Below are positions 57,063 to 64,000 of a stretch of 64,000 nucleotides of DNA, one piece after another; positions within the stretch are counted from its first letter, which is position 1; the number at the start of each line of letters is the position of its first letter. The stretch is taken from the NCBI GenBank assembly GCA_964641255.1, contig CAZXMM010000001.1:745890-809889 (forward strand), given 5' to 3'. Both the position numbers and the translations under genes were made by a program. The notes below the pieces were generated by a model. That model did not search any database, had not been told where the DNA came from, and was given only the letters and a program-made list of their open reading frames with translations. Source of the stretch: an uncultured Gammaproteobacteria bacterium. Its GTDB lineage: Bacteria > Patescibacteriota > Microgenomatia > JAMCZE01.

Positions 57063-57842
57063 ATGTCAGAAATAAACGTTGCTGCCGCCGTTGCTGCCGC
57101 TCTTTGCTGCGATTGGAAGAAAGCCAAAGAAATAAATAGCAAGCTCCTGAGTCAAAATCCCGAAGATATTGATTGCCTCAACCGGCTTGGCAAAGCTTGT
57201 CTGGAACTAGGAGATAACAAAAAGGCGGCCAGCTACTTTCGTAAGGTGTTAAAGATTAATCGCTATGACCCTATTGCCACTAAGAATCTGGCCCGGGCCA
57301 CCAGCGCTCCCGCTAACAAAAAGACCGGTAATGTAGCTGCCCCAGTTCACAACAATCAACACGCGTTTATCGAGGAACCAGGAGTGACAAAGCTGGTAAC
57401 CCTAGTCAATCTCGCTCCGGCAAAAACGCTATTGGGACTAAACTACGGCGATGCTATTAGTCTGACCCCCAAGCGGCACACTATCATTGTCTGTGACCAG
57501 GCTGAGCACTACGTTGGCGCCCTGCCAGATGATATTGCCCACCGCTTACTGTTTCTTATCAAAGGCGGAAATACTTACGAAGGTTACATTAAATCCATTT
57601 CTCGCAGCGTGGTCTCGGTGTTTATCAAAGAAACCTTGCGGGCCAAAAAGTATCATAACACCCCGTCTTTTATTGCTTCCAATTCTAGTGCTGAGTATCT
57701 AAGTTTTGTCCGCGAAGACGCCATAACTGAAGAAGTTAAAGTCGTGGAGCCCAGTGAAGATAGTGACGAAGACGATGACACTACTGCCTCTAAACGGACC
57801 AAAACCTACTTAGACGAAGAGGTAGACCGCGATGAAGTGTGA
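57063..57842 (+). CDS. TPR-containing protein with acidic tail
   Basis: N-terminal TPR (LNRLGKA..ELG...A...F.KVL), IEEPG.TK, Y.GALPDD. Confidence 0.75.
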   Translation: MSEINVAAAVAAALCCDWKKAKEINSKLLSQNPEDIDCLNRLGKACLELGDNKKAASYFRKVLKINRYDPIATKNLARATSAPANKKTGNVAAPVHNNQHAFIEEPGVTKLVTLVNLAPAKTLLGLNYGDAISLTPKRHTIIVCDQAEHYVGALPDDIAHRLLFLIKGGNTYEGYIKSISRSVVSVFIKETLRAKKYHNTPSFIASNSSAEYLSFVREDAITEEVKVVEPSEDSDEDDDTTASKRTKTYLDEEVDRDEV

Positions 57843-57991
57843 CCCAGGTGAATTACTCCAAAGAGTGTTTTTTTGACTTGACGACTAATTTTAGGATAGA
57901 GATGGAGAGGGGTCTTAAGGTCACGCAGTGACCAGGCCGCCCAAGCAGCAGAAATAACGAAAACGACGGCAAAAATTACAAACAACTCCAT
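57806..57991 (-). CDS. Small membrane protein
   Basis: 61 aa with N-terminal TM, adjacent to the upstream stop. Confidence 0.5.
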   Translation of the reverse strand: MELFVIFAVVFVISAAWAAWSLRDLKTPLHLYPKISRQVKKTLFGVIHLGHTSSRSTSSSK

Positions 57992-57992
57992 A

Positions 57993-58925
57993 TTACTTGG
58001 TCAATTCTCGCACATACCTTTCTCCCAGTAAAAGGGTAATCTCAGCCCGCTCAGAAGTCGCTCTCGGTTTGGCTGCACAGTCAAAAATGTTTGCCAGTCG
58101 TTTGAGCGTACGAGTGTCTTTAACACTGGGACTAAATAGGATTTGGCACTGGTCAATTGGTTGTTCTTGTGAATTAACCATAATCACCGAGCCCCCAATA
58201 GCGGTTATGATCCGGCTGGCGCGGGTCCCTAATCCGGCAAAAGCGGTAGTATTGATGACTTCCAACCGCAAGTGCTCATCCTGAATGCTCGGTTCAATAA
58301 AAGCATTACCAAGAAAAATATCTAGGCTATCTTTCTCAAGACTTTGCGCTTGGGAATTATCTGGCAAAATTAGTTTCTCACTCTTAAGACTAAGGTCAAA
58401 GCTAAGGCGTCGATCACTCCTAACCTGGGCAATCGCCCAAGCAAAACGTAGTCGGTCTAGTAGAGACAGATTCGTGCGATTAGTTAGTAAAAAGTCCAGG
58501 GTGAGAAAGGCATTTTTGTTAGCCAAATCTAGTGGGGTCGTACTAACTATATAGGCGTCAATCGGCGCCCCGACCAGTTCGCGCACCGTACTTGTGAGGA
58601 CTACCCCGCCCCGTTTATCTAGCTCTCCGACCGAATAAACTTTTCCCAGTAGATAGCTACCGTAGCCATGGGTTAGCTCGGGAGTGTACAGGTCGCTTGG
58701 GAAAATGACATCGGATAAGGAGTGACTGACAAAATTAAACGACAACAGTCGCACTTCAGCTGGGGTAGAGACAACCACGTTAAACCGGTCAAAGGCACCA
58801 AATTGACTGGGAGTGAGAGCCCCGCCGAACTTAAAAACAGCCAGAAGAATAATGGCCAGACCAACTAACACTGCCAACAGCGCAGGCAAACTCACAGAAC
58901 TAGAATGGCGGTGATATCTGGCCAT
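57993..58925 (-). CDS. LCP-like protein with LytR C-terminal domain
   Basis: N-terminal TM, TNLS..D, EVIN.T...GLG...ITLLLG. Confidence 0.75.
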   Translation of the reverse strand: MARYHRHSSSVSLPALLAVLVGLAIILLAVFKFGGALTPSQFGAFDRFNVVVSTPAEVRLLSFNFVSHSLSDVIFPSDLYTPELTHGYGSYLLGKVYSVGELDKRGGVVLTSTVRELVGAPIDAYIVSTTPLDLANKNAFLTLDFLLTNRTNLSLLDRLRFAWAIAQVRSDRRLSFDLSLKSEKLILPDNSQAQSLEKDSLDIFLGNAFIEPSIQDEHLRLEVINTTAFAGLGTRASRIITAIGGSVIMVNSQEQPIDQCQILFSPSVKDTRTLKRLANIFDCAAKPRATSERAEITLLLGERYVRELTK

Positions 58926-58940
58926 GGGCAGTTTGTAAAA

Positions 58941-59090
58941 CTAGAAACTAACGTCCTTACGTTTTTTGGAAATGACTAGTGGTTCGGGAACAGTATAGGA
59001 TGAAACCGGAGCCCGATTCATTTTTTTCGCTTGCTCCTCCTTAGAAAGTTTTTTCTTTTGTTTTTTCGCAAAATCACCAAATGACGCCAT
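58941..59090 (-). CDS. 49-aa Lys-rich small protein (not in ORF track)
   Basis: MASFGDFAKKQKKKLSKEEQAKKMNRAPVSSYTVPEPLVISKKRKDVSF*; SD-like GAGGTG upstream. Confidence 0.6.
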   Translation of the reverse strand: MASFGDFAKKQKKKLSKEEQAKKMNRAPVSSYTVPEPLVISKKRKDVSF

Positions 59091-59110
59091 AAAATACTCA
59101 CCTCTTCATT

Positions 59111-60573
<1,463 letters not shown>

Positions 60574-60574
60574 A

Positions 60575-60895
60575 TTATTTTATTACTAAACCCGAGATCG
60601 CCACTAACTGTTGGCTGTCATCATCGGCAGCCACTCGATTATACCTCACTAGGGCACATTTGGTACATTTATGAACCAGAACAAACTCCCCCGTTCTTCT
60701 GGTTATCACCCCACTTGGCTCCATGAGACCCTGGCAGGTATTGGCGCGGTCCCCGGGCTTATCCCCATCTACGTGCTTGCTCCAGAGGCAAAAAGGACAG
60801 TGGTTGCGGTACGAGCCACCATAAATGATGGGAGTCACTGCCTGGTGACAGTGGTCACAAACAAAGGGATCATTGCGGGCAATAAACTTGGGCAT
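60575..60895 (-). CDS. RNHCP domain protein
   Basis: FVC..C, YRNHCPFCLWSKHVD, C.G.M.P, H.C..C. Confidence 0.92.
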   Translation of the reverse strand: MPKFIARNDPFVCDHCHQAVTPIIYGGSYRNHCPFCLWSKHVDGDKPGDRANTCQGLMEPSGVITRRTGEFVLVHKCTKCALVRYNRVAADDDSQQLVAISGLVIK

Positions 60896-60897
60896 GG

Positions 60898-62586
60898 TTA
60901 AGAAGCAGCTCTTTTTAAATCTCCCAGTTTCTTTTCTCTATTTTGCTGCAGTTCTTTAAAATTGCCGTGATAATCGTTAACTAGTCGACTAATACTTAGT
61001 CCCTCTAGATTAACTGGCACCGAGACGTGGTGCGCTCCCCGCTCATAGAGGCTAATGGCCTCAGCAGAATCGGTGGCAGTGATAATGACTGTCGCCTTGG
61101 ACTGGGTCCGTTCAACGCCATCCAGAAGGGCGAGATTGTCAGCAAAGCTGCGAACAGTAGAGACTACTAGTTGGGCGTTTTTTAAACTCACCTGTTCCTG
61201 GATCTCCGGATCACCAATATCGCCGTACAAACAGGGTACGCAGGCTCCTTTTAGCTCGTCTATCACTTCTGGATTAAAATCCACTACGATTAGATTCTCT
61301 CCGTAAACCCGTTGTAACATGCGAAGTACTATTTGCCCACTGCGATGAGCTCCGACCAAGATACCATGGTCAGTCAGGGCACTGAGTGGTTCTGCTTTAT
61401 CCCCAATCCCCGCCTTATTTTGCAAAGTTTGCAGTAGGGGTCTAAGGGTCAGATACAATTTGCGGGAATGGGTCGCCATAAATGAAGATAGAATAAAGGA
61501 ACAAACGGTGGCAAAAATGAGTGGTGACAGTAAACTCCGATCAAGAAATCCAGCCCTTGAGGCTTCTGCAATCAAAATTAGGGAAAATTCGGAAATCGAA
61601 GAAATAACAATACCAGTTAAAAAAGCCGGGTGAGTTTTAAAGCGAAAAACACTGAAAATTACGAAGAAAAACAAAGGTTTAATAACTACTGCGTAGACAA
61701 TAAAGAGTAGCGCTAAAGGTAAAAACGTTGCAATACCTGTAATAGATAGTCCCGTCCCCAAATCGAGAAAAAACAGCATGATAAAAAAGTCTCTGAGGGG
61801 CTTAACCTTACTGGAAATTTGGATACGATAGGTGGATTGGGCTAAACTGATGCCAGCTAAAAAAGCACCGATGGCGAGCGAAAAACCTAGCGAGGAACCA
61901 AAAGCCACGAACACTAGGCACCAGGAAATGGGAATGAGAAAAAGCAGCTCAGAGTTATCAGCACTGGCCTTAAAGATCCTAGGCAGCAGATGGTGGCCGG
62001 CTAAGAGCGAAATAGCTAGCAACAACCCTCCTTTAGCAAGTAGTCCAATAACCATTACGGGTGTAATAGTTCCTCCTGGCGCGCCGGCCACCGACAGCAA
62101 CATAAGTCCAATAACCGCAATCAAATCTTCAACTAGCAGAATTCCCACGGACAGTTTGCCATGAAGGGATGATAGCTCACGTTTTTCGATCAGCAGTTTA
62201 ATAACCAAAATGGTGCTACTAAACGACACCGCTAGGGCGAGAATAAAGGCTGGCAAAAGGTCCAAACCAAACATCCTTAGGAGTAGTCCCAGTAGCACCA
62301 CTGTAAAAACTACCTGACCGAGTGTCGCCAAAACGACTTTCTGGCCTACGGTTTTAAACTCTTTCAGGTCCAACTCCATGCCTACTAAAAAAAGGAGTAG
62401 GGCCAAGCCGATTTCCGGTAAGATAGCAAGAAACTTGAGTTGCTCGGGCTTAACAATATGAAAGGCCGACAGTACAGCTCCAACAGCCACGTAAGACACT
62501 AGCAGCGGTTGGCGAAATTTTTTGACAACTAACGCTAACGCTGCGGCTGCTGTCACCACTACAGTCAATAAGGTCAATTCATGCAC
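60898..62586 (-). CDS. CPA2 cation:proton antiporter with TrkA-N domain (Kef-like)
   Basis: LF.VG.E, SSTI, GILLVED, GAFLAG, SEFS; C-terminal Rossmann domain with YGD. Confidence 0.92.
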   Translation of the reverse strand: MHELTLLTVVVTAAAALALVVKKFRQPLLVSYVAVGAVLSAFHIVKPEQLKFLAILPEIGLALLLFLVGMELDLKEFKTVGQKVVLATLGQVVFTVVLLGLLLRMFGLDLLPAFILALAVSFSSTILVIKLLIEKRELSSLHGKLSVGILLVEDLIAVIGLMLLSVAGAPGGTITPVMVIGLLAKGGLLLAISLLAGHHLLPRIFKASADNSELLFLIPISWCLVFVAFGSSLGFSLAIGAFLAGISLAQSTYRIQISSKVKPLRDFFIMLFFLDLGTGLSITGIATFLPLALLFIVYAVVIKPLFFFVIFSVFRFKTHPAFLTGIVISSISEFSLILIAEASRAGFLDRSLLSPLIFATVCSFILSSFMATHSRKLYLTLRPLLQTLQNKAGIGDKAEPLSALTDHGILVGAHRSGQIVLRMLQRVYGENLIVVDFNPEVIDELKGACVPCLYGDIGDPEIQEQVSLKNAQLVVSTVRSFADNLALLDGVERTQSKATVIITATDSAEAISLYERGAHHVSVPVNLEGLSISRLVNDYHGNFKELQQNREKKLGDLKRAAS

Positions 62587-62600
62587 AAAAATATTGTAAG

Positions 62601-63335
62601 TTAGTTAGCCCCCTTAAGCAACCGTAACACCGCCTCAAGCTCGCTTGGTAACGGGGCCGTAAAGACCCTAGTCTTAGTCTCAAGCGGTAGTCTCAGACTC
62701 AGCTGGGCCGCATGTAAAAATAGCCGCGGGGAAATAGCCAGATCTGCCTGGTACTGCTTCCGACCGGCATAGATTGGATCACTAACAATTGGATGGCCCA
62801 GATATTTAAGATGCACCCGAATCTGGTGCGTCCGACCCGTCGCGGGACTAACCTCCACTAAGCTAAATTTGGCAAACTTAAAAGTGAATTCCTCTTTGAC
62901 GGTATAATCCGTTTGCGCGTCCCTACCCCCCGGAAAAACTCCGTACTGCAGGCGGTTAAAAGGATTTCGGCTAATCGGGGCAGTGACACTGCCCACCGAA
63001 GGGGCCAGTACGCCGTGGACTAGGGCCACATAGACTTTGTGGACGGTACGTTTTTGAAACTGATCTTTTAAAAAGCCAAAGGCGTGGGGATTTTTGGCAA
63101 TTACTAATAGCCCGGAAGTGTCTTTATCCAAGCGGTGGACAATCCCCCCGCGGGAGGCAAACTCCTCGTCAATAAGCGAGTCACCCACTGATTTTGGCTT
63201 AGGCATTTCGATTTTTGTTTCGGCCCAATCCTGGAGCGTGTTTTTGGTGGTACTGTCGGAGCGATTCACCACCATCCCCCACGGTTTATCCACGACAATG
63301 GTGTTTCGGTCTTCGAAGATAATCTGGGGTTGCAT
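62601..63335 (-). CDS. RluA-family pseudouridine synthase
   Basis: KP.G, VHRLDKDTSG, TGRTHQIRVH, LHA. Confidence 0.95.
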   Translation of the reverse strand: MQPQIIFEDRNTIVVDKPWGMVVNRSDSTTKNTLQDWAETKIEMPKPKSVGDSLIDEEFASRGGIVHRLDKDTSGLLVIAKNPHAFGFLKDQFQKRTVHKVYVALVHGVLAPSVGSVTAPISRNPFNRLQYGVFPGGRDAQTDYTVKEEFTFKFAKFSLVEVSPATGRTHQIRVHLKYLGHPIVSDPIYAGRKQYQADLAISPRLFLHAAQLSLRLPLETKTRVFTAPLPSELEAVLRLLKGAN

Positions 63336-63346
63336 TACAAATAAGT

Positions 63347-64000
63347 CTATTTCTCTCTTTTTTGCTCACAAGCCAAGCAAAGAGTAGCATCGGGCATAGC
63401 CGCTAAACGGCCGGTTTCAATGGGCTTACCACAAGACTCACAAATACCATATTTGCCGATCTTGATTTTGGCTAGCGCCTTTTTAGTTTGCGCCAGAGCC
63501 AAGTTAATTTGCCGCTGGAGAGCGCTAACCTGCTCGTGTCTGGCTTTATTATGTGCCTCGGCATCGTCAGCTGCTTGATCAACAAAGCGAGTCTTATCAC
63601 TGAACGGATCTTCTTTTTTGAGACGGGCCATTTTTTTCTCCAGGGTAGTAGACCGATTTTCCAAATAGGACTTCATTTGGTCGATAAGAGACTTCGGAAA
63701 ATTACTCATAGTGACAAGGCTAGGATAACGAATAACTAAAAATGCACTGGCCGCACCAAGGACTATTAGGGGAAATCCTACTGGCTGTCCAGCAAGAGGA
63801 AACCCTACTGAGAGAATTAAAAGGGAAAGGCTCCAAAAAATCAAGTAGAACAAGAAGATCATTCCGTATCGTTTGCCAAGATGGGCAAGTCTAGCAGAGC
63901 GGTGCAAACTACGAGATATGAACTGGAGTAAGATCATGGTAACAAATGAACAAACTAATAGTCCCAACAGATAAGACGAGTTGGCGGACATTGACGAGCA
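63347..64000 (-). CDS. TraR/DksA C4 zinc-finger protein (domain 63347..63709), in frame with an upstream membrane segment; 5' end beyond window
   Basis: Coiled coil + YGICESCG..I...RL.A.P.A.LC..C; no stop between the TM segment and MSNFP; frame open to window edge. Confidence 0.8.
   Translation of the reverse strand, partial: CSSMSANSSYLLGLLVCSFVTMILLQFISRSLHRSARLAHLGKRYGMIFLFYLIFWSLSLLILSVGFPLAGQPVGFPLIVLGAASAFLVIRYPSLVTMSNFPKSLIDQMKSYLENRSTTLEKKMARLKKEDPFSDKTRFVDQAADDAEAHNKARHEQVSALQRQINLALAQTKKALAKIKIGKYGICESCGKPIETGRLAAMPDATLCLACEQKREK

Overview
64 kb of bacterial chromosome in standard code 11. Gene content and architecture point to Patescibacteria/CPR, probably Microgenomates-like (inference): PPIase-less trigger factor, short ThrS and PheT, a type IV pilus locus with no secretin gene, and many orphan small ORFs. 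The window holds four tRNAs (Arg-TCG, Lys-CTT, Leu-TAG, Val-GAC); translation genes (thrS-infC-rpmI-rplT-pheS-pheT, tyrS, rpmF, rpsP); nusB-rnc; recG; a 12-gene pil cluster; holB-gyrB-ppa-gyrA; a Xer recombinase; ruvC, yebC, tgt, rluA and a dksA-like gene. Gene orientation converges near 52 kb, next to the Xer gene and a dif-like site. The main signals outside the ORF track are: (1) a ~1 kb ORF-free, heavily base-paired region beside the xer-LAGLIDADG pair, a candidate large ncRNA or folded ssDNA; (2) a T-box riboswitch upstream of thrS with an apparently ultrashort Stem I; (3) two 44-bp tRNA-end-like hairpin repeats ending in ACCA that delimit single-gene cassettes after tRNA-Val; (4) NusB-ACP and membrane protein-DksA fusions; (5) many -10 boxes placed for leaderless mRNAs. 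All calls are from manual reading. No database searches or folding programs were run.
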